Assembly (NCBI GenBank): GCA_951813545.1
Contig: OX638352.1
Coordinates: forward strand, 4,867,966-4,931,965
Reading direction: 5' to 3'
Source: an uncultured Poribacteria bacterium
GTDB taxonomy: Bacteria > Poribacteria > WGA-4E > WGA-3G
Length of the DNA stretch: 64,000 nt
Below, one piece after another: positions 41,001 to 51,412 of this stretch. Each line of letters begins with the position of its first letter. Position 1 is the first letter of the stretch. A model generated the notes under the pieces. It had not been told where the DNA came from. It ran no database searches and saw only the letters and a program-made list of their open reading frames with translations. The position numbers were made by a program, and so were the translations under genes.

Positions 41001-44000
41001 TGGCAATGATATTGATCTGATCTGTTTCTATTCCATACTGGTTCGATTAAAAGTTGATAGTCATGGGTTACCTGTTGACGTTGCTAAGTTTCTATTCCAT
41101 ACTGGTTCGATTAAAAGGTACCCATTTTCCGTCTTACCGTTAGCAACGTCAACGTTTCTATTCCATACTGGTTCGATTAAAAGCGCACAACTGATGCAGT
41201 TCCGCCCCCCCCAGGAATGTTTCTATTCCATACTGGTTCGATTAAAAGAAAGATCTGAATTAAACTGCTATCTTCACATTCTGTCGTGTTTCTATTCCAT
41301 ACTGGTTCGATTAAAAGCATGTCAGGCGGTGCCATGATGCACATTAACTTCAAGATCAGGGTTTCTATTCCATACTGGTTCGATTAAAAGTCATCGAACC
41401 CATCCACGACATCGACGAACGCCGCGTTTCTATTCCATACTGGTTCGATTAAAAGGGGTATCGTCCGGCATAGCGCTCACAGGCGTAGAGGGTTTCTATT
41501 CCATACTGGTTCGATTAAAAGATCAATAAAATTTTCTTCAAAGGTGCTGTGCAGTGTTTCTATTCCATACTGGTTCGATTAAAAGTCCCTTCTATTAAGG
41601 TATCCACAAGTTCATTCTGGTTTCTATTCCATACTGGTTCGATTAAAAGCCTGACAGCCACAATTATCGCAGACGTTGACAGCGTGGTTTCTATTCCATA
41701 CTGGTTCGATTAAAAGCCGATGGCAAGGGAATAAACCCCCTTGCCACAACAAAGTTTCTATTCCATACTGGTTCGATTAAAAGTAACTTCGGATCGTCTT
41801 CATCATCAAAGTCTTGTTGAGTTTCTATTCCATACTGGTTCGATTAAAAGGCGAAACGAGATCAGCATACGCGTTCGACGCGCCCCAGTTTCTATTCCAT
41901 ACTGGTTCGATTAAAAGGAGGTTATCCAAAGTTACTACGACCGTAACGAAAAAGGTTTCTATTCCATACTGGTTCGATTAAAAGGCAGGCATCAAGCGAA
42001 ACTTACGGAGGTTATCACAGTTTCTATTCCATACTGGTTCGATTAAAAGTTATTCGGTGCGTCATAAAGCACGCGACCATTTGCAAGTTTCTATTCCATA
42101 CTGGTTCGATTAAAAGGTCTTACCAAACGGATGCCTCTGGGACAGATGAAGGTTTCTATTCCATACTGGTTCGATTAAAAGTTTATCGGGGGGAATTACC
42201 CAGAGGGCTATGGCGGCGTTTCTATTCCATACTGGTTCGATTAAAAGAACAGGGCGGAGTCCTCTTGGGGATTGTTGGTCACGTTTCTATTCCATACTGG
42301 TTCGATTAAAAGGCGGGAACATCAGAAACGGTATGAGGAAATCCGTATAGGTTTCTATTCCATACTGGTTCGATTAAAAGACGCGCCGAGAGAGACGCAC
42401 TGTACACACTTCGCAGTGGTTTCTATTCCATACTGGTTCGATTAAAAGATTAACACCTAAATCACTTTGAAACGTTTGACGTGGTTTCTATTCCATACTG
42501 GTTCGATTAAAAGGAGACATTCATACCGATGTCGATACCGATCTCTTGGGTTTCTATTCCATACTGGTTCGATTAAAAGCGGATACGGGCGGTGCTCTTA
42601 GAACTGTATATCTCGTGTTTCTATTCCATACTGGTTCGATTAAAAGGGGTTTCCTGACGCATAGTAATCCATTTTTTGATCTACGTTTCTATTCCATACT
42701 GGTTCGATTAAAAGAAAATTCAGAGTGTTACACCAAAGGGACACCTTTTCGAGTTTCTATTCCATACTGGTTCGATTAAAAGGTCAGGAAAGAAGATGAC
42801 GCAGGAGGGTTAAACGTTTCTATTCCATACTGGTTCGATTAAAAGTTCCCCGCACTGCCAAGATAAAGAAGAGCAATTTCATAGTTTCTATTCCATACTG
42901 GTTCGATTAAAAGCTGGTCAAAACTAGGCTCCCAACAACAACCAGTTAAGTTTCTATTCCATACTGGTTCGATTAAAAGTCACAAACTGAGCAGTGCCGA
43001 CAACCCACCTTGACATGTTTCTATTCCATACTGGTTCGATTAAAAGTCAAGGTCGTGGAAGGCAGGATAATCGTTTTCAAGATGTTTCTATTCCATACTG
43101 GTTCGATTAAAAGGGTACTTTCGAGAACCCTAATGCGACTTTTGATAGTCAAGTTTCTATTCCATACTGGTTCGATTAAAAGCGCACGCACGCCTGCAAC
43201 AGTCTCTCCGACTGTAATGTTTCTATTCCATACTGGTTCGATTAAAAGATAAACTTCTCCCAGCCAAACTGGGATGTCAACATACGATCATGTTTCTATT
43301 CCATACTGGTTCGATTAAAAGCTCCGCTTTCGGCCTTTGCGATAGCGTCTCCGAGATTGTTTCTATTCCATACTGGTTCGATTAAAAGATATGCTCCTCG
43401 CACGGTTCAGGCTGGGTGGCTTAGGTTTCTATTCCATACTGGTTCGATTAAAAGGACATAGCTACAAATATAGGAGGTATCAGCAGTGGGTGTTTCTATT
43501 CCATACTGGTTCGATTAAAAGTGAAATGATACAGGCATGGGCTTCTGGAGAGATGACAAGTTTCTATTCCATACTGGTTCGATTAAAAGACGTTTAGACG
43601 ACCGTTTACGATGATGCTTGCGAACGTTTCTATTCCATACTGGTTCGATTAAAAGTCCAGATATGGCAGTTGACACCGAGATTCACAGAATTGTTTCTAT
43701 TCCATACTGGTTCGATTAAAAGGTATGAGGAAATCCGTATAGCGGAAGCGACGTTGGAAGGTTTCTATTCCATACTGGTTCGATTAAAAGTATACAGCCA
43801 GCGGTACGGTAGAAGTTCAATATAGTGTTTCTATTCCATACTGGTTCGATTAAAAGCTTACACGTATCGACCGGCAGTGATACTCGATCTGATGTTTCTA
43901 TTCCATACTGGTTCGATTAAAAGAATATCTATGTCCTGCTCACTGACAGAAACATCCTGGTTTCTATTCCATACTGGTTCGATTAAAAGCCAAGAAATTA

Positions 44001-44322
44001 TACCAGCCACCCGTATCGGTCCAAGTTTCTATTCCATACTGGTTCGATTAAAAGCGAACTCAACTTACCGACAGCCGAATCGACATCATCAAGTTTCTAT
44101 TCCATACTGGTTCGATTAAAAGAGCGCACTTGGCGCGATGTGGTATCCCGATACATAAGAGTTTCTATTCCATACTGGTTCGATTAAAAGCACTCGAATC
44201 AATGCCCAAGCATCGCTTGATTTGACGTTTCTATTCCATACTGGTTCGATTAAAAGGTAAGTTGTAACAGCCTTGTTAGAACGTTTCGGAATGTTTCTAT
44301 TCCATACTGGTTCGATTAAAAG
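35067..44322 (-). CRISPR. CRISPR array with 139 copies of a 30-bp repeat (GTTTCTATTCCATACTGGTTCGATTAAAAG on the plus strand) and 138 spacers of about 34-42 nt
   Basis: Repeat starts were counted manually. The terminal repeat at 35067-35096 is degenerate (gtttcaattctctactggttcgattaaaaa). The leader-proximal perfect repeat at 44293-44322 abuts the cas2-side leader. Transcription is inferred on the minus strand, where the repeat reads CTTTTAATCGAACCAGTATGGAATAGAAAC and ends in GAAAC. Confidence 0.95.
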
Positions 44323-44579
44323 GCTCTACGAAAACCATGTATATATCATACAGAACTCCTGTGGGGCGTGTCAAGTCAATTTTACTTACTGCATGTTCTA
44401 AGACCAATTTGCTGTCGATCTTCGGTAGTGTAAATTCTCTGGGAGGTTGACGGCTCTTTACAAAGCGCGGGTTCGGACACTCATTTGACGAGAAATGACG
44501 GATGTGGTTACCTTTCAAAACCCTGATATAAGCGCGGTCGACAGCGGATTTTAGGTTTAAATTTCAGTACAAGTTACAC
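44323..44579 (-). promoter_or_regulatory. CRISPR leader
   Basis: A 257-bp non-coding segment between the cas2 stop and the first perfect repeat. The degenerate repeat at the opposite end of the array supports this as the leader side. Confidence 0.55.
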
Positions 44580-44843
44580 CTAAAGCAAGTTTGTTGCCGG
44601 GTTTTTATCTACACCCATAACCTCTTTATTCATCCAGCGGACATCGCGTAACTGGTAGATGATAATGGAGTCCTTTTCGGGATCAGTGAGTGCTGCTAAC
44701 CCAGATTTGACTCGTGCCAACTGCGCTTTGGTTAACTGTCCTTCAAAAACCGAATTTTGAATCCAATTGAGGTGTTGACGGAGATATTTGCATACCTTTG
44801 CGACACGTTCAACTTGAATGTCGTAAACGAGAATAATATACAT
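44580..44843 (-). CDS. cas2: Cas2
   Basis: MYIILVYDIQVERVAKV... matches the Cas2 N-terminus. The longer ORF's N-terminal extension is encoded by a family-1 REP hairpin (44866-44886), so the start is placed at the internal Met. Confidence 0.8.
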   Translation of the reverse strand: MYIILVYDIQVERVAKVCKYLRQHLNWIQNSVFEGQLTKAQLARVKSGLAALTDPEKDSIIIYQLRDVRWMNKEVMGVDKNPATNLL

Positions 44844-44933
44844 CGGAGACAATTCCTTGATAAGAGGCGAGGTTGGAAACCTCGCCAGCGAATACACGAG
44901 ATTAAGCGTGGCATCGCGATCATGAGATAACGC

Positions 44934-45947
44934 CTACCACCACGGACGTAATGCCTGATAGGTTTCCATTTCGACGAGATGCTTGATGAGTTTATAGCAC
45001 TCCAAACGAATCAACCGCTGATATGAGACGTGCCGTTTCAATTTGCGATGCGAAACGGTTTGCTTCATTTGTTCATCAAACGCGGCGATAAACAGTTTGC
45101 GTCCTTGTTCATTGAGGGAACACGCGCCGACGTTCGTCTCAAAGTGCTTTGACTCGTTGAGCTGCCGCCGATTGAACAATCGGAAGATAATCCTGTCAAC
45201 AATGAGAGGTTTGAAAATTTCAGCGAGGTCAAGACTGAGCGAGAAACGTCTGGCACCCGGTTCATGGAGAAAACTGATTGTGGGGTTGAGCTGCGTCCGA
45301 TAAATTTCAGTTAAACATGCTGCATATATCAACGAATTGCCAAAAGAGATGGCAGCGTTAATCGGGTTGTCCGGTGGACGGCGCACCCGCTTTTCAAAAG
45401 GTACTTTTAATTCCAAAATCGTATTGAATGCGGTGTAATATGTGTCTCGGATCGTGCCTTCATACCCCATCAACTCATTTGTGTTTTTTGCTGAAGGACT
45501 TTCCGCAAGGAGCTTTTCAATCGGTTCAATTTGGGCATTGCAATCCTTGCCTCGATTCGTGTGATACCGTAAAATTCGCAACATGTTGAAGACAGCGGAG
45601 GCGACAAACTCCTGTGCAAGAACCATCCGCTTGGTAGATTTTTCGTAGTGTTGTACCTGTTTGACAAGCAGGGAACCGGAATTGAGGTATTCTCGGGGAT
45701 AGTAACTCCCGGAATAGTAGCCGTAATAGTTAAACACATGAAAGGCGATATGTTTTTGTGCGAGAAAGTTGAGAAGCTTGGTATTGAGGTCGAGTTCCCC
45801 GTAGAAATAGAGTGCGTCGATGTCCTCAACGGGGATTGGGACCCGTGACGTATCTTCTCGTTCCAAATAAAGGGTATTGTCTTTTCGGCGCAGTCTGCCG
45901 GGTTGGGTGATGTAGTAGTTACGTGACATAATTGGTTTTCCTCCCAT
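44934..45947 (-). CDS. cas1: Cas1 integrase
   Basis: 337 aa with a typical Cas1 N-terminus (YYITQPGRLRRKDNTLYLE) and a conserved C-terminal region. Confidence 0.9.
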   Translation of the reverse strand: MGGKPIMSRNYYITQPGRLRRKDNTLYLEREDTSRVPIPVEDIDALYFYGELDLNTKLLNFLAQKHIAFHVFNYYGYYSGSYYPREYLNSGSLLVKQVQHYEKSTKRMVLAQEFVASAVFNMLRILRYHTNRGKDCNAQIEPIEKLLAESPSAKNTNELMGYEGTIRDTYYTAFNTILELKVPFEKRVRRPPDNPINAAISFGNSLIYAACLTEIYRTQLNPTISFLHEPGARRFSLSLDLAEIFKPLIVDRIIFRLFNRRQLNESKHFETNVGACSLNEQGRKLFIAAFDEQMKQTVSHRKLKRHVSYQRLIRLECYKLIKHLVEMETYQALRPWW

Positions 45948-45984
45948 GCTTGGCTTACGGCACGGCGGCGTGTGCCTGCTACCT

Positions 45985-46494
45985 TTAACTCCAGCAGAGT
46001 TCCTGATAACTACAGGATTTACAGATTTTCATATAGTCGGCGTGCGGTGGTGTCGGCAGTGCTGCAATCTCGCTTACTTTTTCAATAGCGGTTTCCACCT
46101 CTCGTTCCGTTTCGGGTGTGAGTTCAACCTCCGTGGTTCGGTGTTGACGTGGATAGTTGATAACGCCTTTCCGGTTAGATATTCCTTTCTGTTTGAGCAG
46201 ATAGAGGTAATAACAGAGTTGCATGATGTGTGCGGTTTCCATCGCGGGACCAGATTTGATGTCGTGGAGGATGCCTTGTTTGTCAACGAAGTCAATCCGG
46301 ATGAGGTCGTCGATGTTCCATTCTCTCCGTTTTTCGCGAGTGTAACTTTCGTCGTGGAGGAGTTGTCCGAGGTCAACATATTCGGAGGTATGCTCCATTT
46401 CGAGGTGGTTTCGGTAGAACCAGAGTTTGCGCGTGCAGATGTAGAGATAGTTTATGGCTGTGCCTGTGATGTTGGTGTGGTCTGGGTTTTGCAT
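45985..46494 (-). CDS. cas4: Cas4 (RecB-like nuclease with C-terminal Fe-S Cys cluster)
   Basis: The N-terminus YICTRKLWF and the C-terminal Cys pair CKSCSYQELC are characteristic. Confidence 0.8.
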   Translation of the reverse strand: MQNPDHTNITGTAINYLYICTRKLWFYRNHLEMEHTSEYVDLGQLLHDESYTREKRREWNIDDLIRIDFVDKQGILHDIKSGPAMETAHIMQLCYYLYLLKQKGISNRKGVINYPRQHRTTEVELTPETEREVETAIEKVSEIAALPTPPHADYMKICKSCSYQELCWS

Positions 46495-46520
46495 TTGTGG
46501 GTATCTCCATTTTGAATAGG

Positions 46521-48857
46521 TTATAAGAGGTTTGGGTTAGGTTCATCCAATTGCAAACCGAGTGTCTCATCATAGCAAACGTTTATGAACCGCTGAGGAT
46601 TGGAGTCATCTTTATTGAGTAAGTTTTCACGGCATAGTTTCGCGAATTGATAATCACGGATTTGGGCAACATAAGCCATTGCTTCATAATATTCTTTTTC
46701 ATCAATATGTGCTAAATAAATATCTTTGAACTTAATTGGAACGACTTCAAAGCTTTTAAATAGATTTTCAAATTCATCGCGCCCGGATTTGTCCTCAATG
46801 AAGGGAAAGATGCTTTCCACATGCTGTTCAAACATCCGTTTTGCATCCTCAAACTTTGCTCGTTCATCTTCATTGTAGTCATCACCATAAATTTCATCAA
46901 TAAGACCTTGGATTTTGGATTCGGACAGGACATCATTAACTTGAGCGAACGCGTTTTTGGTGCGTTCGACCCTTTCAGTACTATAGATGAAACTGTCGCT
47001 TTTACCACCCTGATTGCATATATGAACATCACAGATACCTTTTTTACCTTTCCGGTTGATTCGACCAAAGCGTTGGATGAGCGCGTCTATAGGTGCGGGT
47101 TCTGTAAAGAGACAATCAAAATCAATGTCAAGCGAAACCTCAACTGCTTGCGTGCCTACAAGGAAATCAGCGTTTTTAAGTTCCTTTTCAATCCGTTGTC
47201 GGTCTTTGAGAATAAATCGGCTGTGAAGAAGTTTAGCTTTGTCCTCTTTGACTGCACCCCGCAATGTTTTAAATACTTCCTGTGCCTGATTAACGGTATT
47301 ACAGACAACCATGACACGCTCTTCTTCGTTTAGCTTATCCTCTATTTGCGGAATGGCATCGTGGATATTTCCATCAAATAACTGGACCCGGTGCCGAGTG
47401 AAATTTTTGTCTCGTTCTTCTGGTGCCATTTCAATCTGTGCAATCTGTGCAAGTTGCCCAAGTGCGTCGTTAATCATCTGTTTAAGAAACTTTGGCATTG
47501 TAGCAGTCATAATGCAGAATTTTGCATCGTAATCTTCACGGAGTTTCTTTATCATTGTCAAAATAAGTGCTGTGGTGTGTGGGTCATAGGCGTGGATTTC
47601 GTCAAAAATAAAGAGTCCTTGCGACATCTCTGACATCTGCATCTCAAAGCCGCGTATACCGAAAAATGCTTTTAGCAATTGAAAGGGGGTTAGCACCTTG
47701 TAAGGACGACAGATTTTATTAGTTAGGTCTCTTTCAACTTTCGCGTGTTTTTTCGCTTGTTCCTGCACAATTAGTTTTTTAGCAGATTCAGGTTCATGTC
47801 CTTCAGCAATGAGGGTTTGATATTTGGTTTGATACTTCTCATCAATATCTTGCCGTTTGTATTCCCTATCAGCGAATTGCCGATAAATGAAGTAGGCAGC
47901 TTTACCATGCAATACACCTATTTTTTCTTTAGTAACCAATTTTTTGAGGCGTTTATACATAGCGTTGATACTCGCTGTGTAAGGTAACACGTAAAAGACG
48001 CGATTTCCCAATGTCTTGCATTGATTTTTATCGGACCAGAGGAGTGCGGCTTCGGTTTTGCCGGAACCTGTCGGTGCTGAGAGCATGAGTTGCCCAATTG
48101 TTTCACCAGAGGCTTCTTGAAAGGATTCCCATTTGTCAAACTGTTTGATCTGTTCTACAAGACACGCTTCAAGGTTATCAAGTGCAGTTTGAACCTCATT
48201 TTTGCTGGCAGAAGCAGAAGCGAGATGGTCACAGGCAATCATACACCCGCGCATAAGCATGCCGTAGGTGCCATGTAAAGGCGTTAATTCTCTGTCCTCT
48301 TTGCTGTTCAGGTAAGGTCTCAGAAATTCTCGGTAACCCCCAATGAGTTGATCTGTTGACTTAACAGGTGTCCAAAAGCATTCTGCTGTAGGACACCACT
48401 GCGGTACTTGTTCCTGAATTTCCATCAAAGCGTCCCAATTTGGCGTAAGTTCTGCAATATGCTTTTGCCATTCTTGGTAGTCATATTCGTTCTCTTGTCC
48501 ACACGAATACTTCTCTACCAGTGTCTCAATATCCTTGTGATGTGTTAAAATTGCGAGTGCAATTGCCTGTTTTGCTGATTGTGAGGTTTGAAGGTTAACA
48601 ACAAATCCTGTCGATAGGATCTCATGACGATAGTTCCATCGCTTCCCATCGGTGAGCTGCTTTTGAAAACCTGTTGCTGCCTTTCCGAAATCGTGAAGCG
48701 CAACAGCGTAGAAAAGGTGTTCAAAGAAATCGGGTACTTTGGCAACCTCGGTTAAAAACGGCATCCGCTCTCGGAGGCTATTGTATACAGCAAGGCAATT
48801 CTTTGTATGTTCAAGAAGCGTTTCCGGTGGATCGCTTTTCGCAAACAATATTGACAT
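46521..48857 (-). CDS. cas3: Cas3 (HD nuclease fused to SF2 helicase)
   Basis: HD domain (ALHDFGKA...ILTHHKD), Walker A (SAPTGSGKTEAAL) and DEAH-like (FIFDEIHAYD) motifs. Confidence 0.9.
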   Translation of the reverse strand: MSILFAKSDPPETLLEHTKNCLAVYNSLRERMPFLTEVAKVPDFFEHLFYAVALHDFGKAATGFQKQLTDGKRWNYRHEILSTGFVVNLQTSQSAKQAIALAILTHHKDIETLVEKYSCGQENEYDYQEWQKHIAELTPNWDALMEIQEQVPQWCPTAECFWTPVKSTDQLIGGYREFLRPYLNSKEDRELTPLHGTYGMLMRGCMIACDHLASASASKNEVQTALDNLEACLVEQIKQFDKWESFQEASGETIGQLMLSAPTGSGKTEAALLWSDKNQCKTLGNRVFYVLPYTASINAMYKRLKKLVTKEKIGVLHGKAAYFIYRQFADREYKRQDIDEKYQTKYQTLIAEGHEPESAKKLIVQEQAKKHAKVERDLTNKICRPYKVLTPFQLLKAFFGIRGFEMQMSEMSQGLFIFDEIHAYDPHTTALILTMIKKLREDYDAKFCIMTATMPKFLKQMINDALGQLAQIAQIEMAPEERDKNFTRHRVQLFDGNIHDAIPQIEDKLNEEERVMVVCNTVNQAQEVFKTLRGAVKEDKAKLLHSRFILKDRQRIEKELKNADFLVGTQAVEVSLDIDFDCLFTEPAPIDALIQRFGRINRKGKKGICDVHICNQGGKSDSFIYSTERVERTKNAFAQVNDVLSESKIQGLIDEIYGDDYNEDERAKFEDAKRMFEQHVESIFPFIEDKSGRDEFENLFKSFEVVPIKFKDIYLAHIDEKEYYEAMAYVAQIRDYQFAKLCRENLLNKDDSNPQRFINVCYDETLGLQLDEPNPNLL

Positions 48858-48917
48858 AGATTTTTTCTCCGTAGGGGCGTGGTCCCCACATCCGATTTTG
48901 TTTCGTTTAAATGTTCC

Positions 48918-49544
48918 TTACCATCTCGAAGGGTTGTCAGGATGCAATTGATCTAATTCCCATTTCATCGGATTATCCTGAATATATTGGCGAAGTCGTT
49001 GTAAATCTGGTTCGTCTCGGATGATATGATCGTGATAATTTCTTTGCCAAACACGCGTTCTGGGTGTATTGTAGTGTTGGTTAATATGCTTGGTGGATTG
49101 ATATTTGAAATAGGCTATGATTTTGCCTAACGAGGGCGAGGGGACCTCGCCCCTACGATTATTTTCTGGTTCGTCTGACGCAGGCGAGGGGACCTCGCCC
49201 CTACGAGTGTTGGGATCTTCTGGTGGGCGTGGGGACCTCGCCCCTACGAGTGGTTGTGGATCCCTCGTCTCTGCGATGCCCCATGAAATAATTCCGTGAA
49301 AATGATTAGGCATGATGACAGAATCGCCCAATTCAACGGAGGGAAAATGTTGTGGAATATGTTTCCAACATTCAACGACAATTTGGCCTATTGCATTCAA
49401 TCGCATTTTCCCATCTGTTATTGTCCCCAATAAACATTTTCGGTGTTGTACACAGATGGTCACGAAATATGCACCGGGTTGGCTGTAATCATAATTACGC
49501 AAACGCATGGCGCGGCGTTGAGGAAGATTGGATTTGGAGTTCAT
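48918..49544 (-). CDS. REP-associated tyrosine transposase (RAYT, IS200/Y1 HUH superfamily) carrying in-frame REP insertions
   Basis: The N-terminus RLRNYDYSQPGAYFVTICVQ, the HuH motif NHFHGII, and the C-terminal WQRNYHDHIIRDEPDLQRLRQYIQDNPMKWE (catalytic Tyr) are RAYT hallmarks. Three copies of the hairpin GGCGAGGGGACCTCGCCCCTACG, at 49135-49153, 49183-49201 and 49228-49245, lie in-frame between the HuH and Tyr motifs and encode RRGEVPSP-type segments. Confidence 0.75.
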   Translation of the reverse strand: MNSKSNLPQRRAMRLRNYDYSQPGAYFVTICVQHRKCLLGTITDGKMRLNAIGQIVVECWKHIPQHFPSVELGDSVIMPNHFHGIISWGIAETRDPQPLVGARSPRPPEDPNTRRGEVPSPASDEPENNRRGEVPSPSLGKIIAYFKYQSTKHINQHYNTPRTRVWQRNYHDHIIRDEPDLQRLRQYIQDNPMKWELDQLHPDNPSRW

Positions 49545-49562
49545 AAGGAAACCCCCTCAGCG

Positions 49563-49624
49563 GGCGAGGAAACCTCGCCCCTACGATATTTTACGGTTGA
49601 ATTGGACGAGGGGACCTCGCCCCT
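49563..49624. repeat. Two family-1 REP hairpins immediately upstream of the RAYT gene
   Basis: ggcgaggaaacctcgcccctacg (49563-49585) and gacgaggggacctcgcccctacg (49607-49629). Confidence 0.8.
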
Positions 49625-49632
49625 ACGATGTG

Positions 49633-50367
49633 TTATGGTGAGATGCTGGGGAGTTGCATCTGTTTTCCGTCCACATCAGGAACTTGATAGTTTTTGTCAA
49701 CGGGTTTCCTCTTTTGCTCATTTGGAACGGTAAACTCCCCAGGAATACGTTCGTGTAGATACACACCCCAATCCATTTCTGGGTCGTGCAAAACATCACC
49801 ACGGTATTCAATTTTTTCTGTTATCAGACAATATGCACGCGTGCCGCAAGGACGACGCGGGATTTCTGCTGTGAAATGGGTTGGAAGTGCCTGAACCTGT
49901 CCATATAATTGTGCGTCAGGAAACGGAAGCAGCGTATCTTGATAGGTTGTTTCTGATACGTTTTCGAGTTGAATTTCCTTTATAGATTCTACGGTTGCTA
50001 GATCGGAGGACCGCCCTAAGAGTAACGGATAACACGGGCGTTCAAACGCTTCTTTTAACCACATATCAGGCGTATAGAGATAGAGTTCGGGTTGGACAAG
50101 AAATTCGCGTTTGTTGACGTTTGACTTGGCATCCAATTTTCCTGCAAACTCATAGAGGGTTTCTAAATCAACGGCTTTGCCGTTACTCTTGAAAACAAAT
50201 CCGATTGTGGCATCATGTGGCGTAACCCAATCCCCCTTTGCAGCAGAAAGAAGACCATAGATTGCTGATAGTGGAGGCAAAGGGAGTGTCGGTTGGAATC
50301 CACTAATGAATAGCGGATTCCGAAACGACGCGACCCAACCGGTGATGTGCACCCGAATCACTTTCAT
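49633..50367 (-). CDS. cas5: Cas5 (type I)
   Basis: The N-terminus MKVIRVHITGWVASFRNP matches Cas5. It overlaps the cas7 stop by 4 nt. Confidence 0.7.
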   Translation of the reverse strand: MKVIRVHITGWVASFRNPLFISGFQPTLPLPPLSAIYGLLSAAKGDWVTPHDATIGFVFKSNGKAVDLETLYEFAGKLDAKSNVNKREFLVQPELYLYTPDMWLKEAFERPCYPLLLGRSSDLATVESIKEIQLENVSETTYQDTLLPFPDAQLYGQVQALPTHFTAEIPRRPCGTRAYCLITEKIEYRGDVLHDPEMDWGVYLHERIPGEFTVPNEQKRKPVDKNYQVPDVDGKQMQLPSISP

Positions 50368-51398
50368 GGTGAGTCTCCGATATGAATTTCTAACTTTTGT
50401 GATAGTTGAGCGATCACTTTATTTGGCGAATCGTAAACGATTTCGCACGGTAGATTTGTGTCCTCTCCTAACCCACACAGAGCTCCTTCTAACTCATCCA
50501 TGAACCCGTTTCGTCTGCCGATGTAAATTGCATCACAAAACCGGTCAGCGTAGTCGTCAATAACTTGTCGCAGTGCGAGTAGACTCAGTTTCCCTACACC
50601 GTTTTCTTCAACGATGAGATTCATGAAAGGATGATTGCCGCCGTCAAGGACTGAAAGAATAATAAGTTTCGGGGTGACATCGGTGAGGTGTGATGTTAAC
50701 TTTGCCCCACCACTGAGAATAGGCAGTACTTCAAGCGTCTGTTGGCAACGTCTGAGCCGAGTTTCTTTTGGTAGTACCCACGGTGATTTCTCATCTGCCT
50801 GTGAGCCACCAGCATCTTGAATCTTGGGAACATAACTCTCGGCTATGTTCAGATAACCCGTTTTATTGATGTGAGAAAACGCTCCAACAGCCGCAAGGTC
50901 AAGAGAAAAAATGCCCTGTAGAACACATGAATAAAACTGATGTTCATAAGGCACAGGGTCGCCTTTTTTTTGACGTGCCATCACGCCAAAATCGTTCGTT
51001 GGGGTTTGCGGTTCAATAGAGATAAGCGGTGAGCATTTGAGCGGTGACAAGCGGGTTACCGTCAAGTTAACCTTTTTCTTCCCTTGCATTTCGCTTTGTG
51101 CGCGCATATAACCAAAGACGTCGTCATCGTCATAAGTCACAGGGTCTGCGGCAGTAAAGGCGATTTTTTTCTCGCGTTCTATAGGTGAATTTTTCCAGTC
51201 GTCAAATTCCTGTTCAAGCGTTGTTCGCCACCAATTTCGCCATGCCTGTCCGGAAACATACGGATAGGCATCTCGTCTTTTCTGAAGTTTTTTGACGGTA
51301 ACGATATTCTCTGTGGCTTGAGATGCTTCTGTTCCAGCATTGTTTAGCGCAGAATAGGGCGCGTCAATTAGGGTTAGTCCAATAAGGTGCTTAGACAT
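50364..51398 (-). CDS. cas7: Cas7 (type I-B-like backbone subunit)
   Basis: The N-terminus LTLIDAPYSALNNAGTE...YPYVSGQAWRNWWR is typical of the Cas7 Csh2/Cst2 group. Confidence 0.75.
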   Translation of the reverse strand: MSKHLIGLTLIDAPYSALNNAGTEASQATENIVTVKKLQKRRDAYPYVSGQAWRNWWRTTLEQEFDDWKNSPIEREKKIAFTAADPVTYDDDDVFGYMRAQSEMQGKKKVNLTVTRLSPLKCSPLISIEPQTPTNDFGVMARQKKGDPVPYEHQFYSCVLQGIFSLDLAAVGAFSHINKTGYLNIAESYVPKIQDAGGSQADEKSPWVLPKETRLRRCQQTLEVLPILSGGAKLTSHLTDVTPKLIILSVLDGGNHPFMNLIVEENGVGKLSLLALRQVIDDYADRFCDAIYIGRRNGFMDELEGALCGLGEDTNLPCEIVYDSPNKVIAQLSQKLEIHIGDSP

Positions 51399-51412
51399 GA
51401 TTAGTCCTCCTT

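Noticed and set aside
35920-44119. Numerous 60-180 aa ORFs inside the CRISPR array, with peptides containing FYSILVRLK, LFHTGSIK and LIEPVWNRN
   Set aside because: These are translations of the 30-bp repeat in different frames, not genes.
35067-44322. Plus-strand transcription of the array, with the leader on the 35060 side
   Set aside because: The degenerate repeat is at the 35067 end. A 257-bp non-coding leader-like region adjoins cas2 at the other end. The minus-strand repeat ends in GAAAC, as in typical type I 5' handles.
44297-44518. 73-aa ORF in the CRISPR leader
   Set aside because: It lies entirely in the non-coding leader between cas2 and the first repeat. It has no RBS and no similarity to anything.
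44844-44897. N-terminal 18-aa extension of the cas2 ORF
   Set aside because: It is encoded by the family-1 REP hairpin at 44866-44886. A conserved Cas2 start (MYIILVYDI) follows at 44843.
49117-49299. Plus-strand ORF encoding GEGTSPLR repeats, and a similar one at 49443..49733
   Set aside because: These are REP hairpin copies read on the opposite strand of the RAYT gene.
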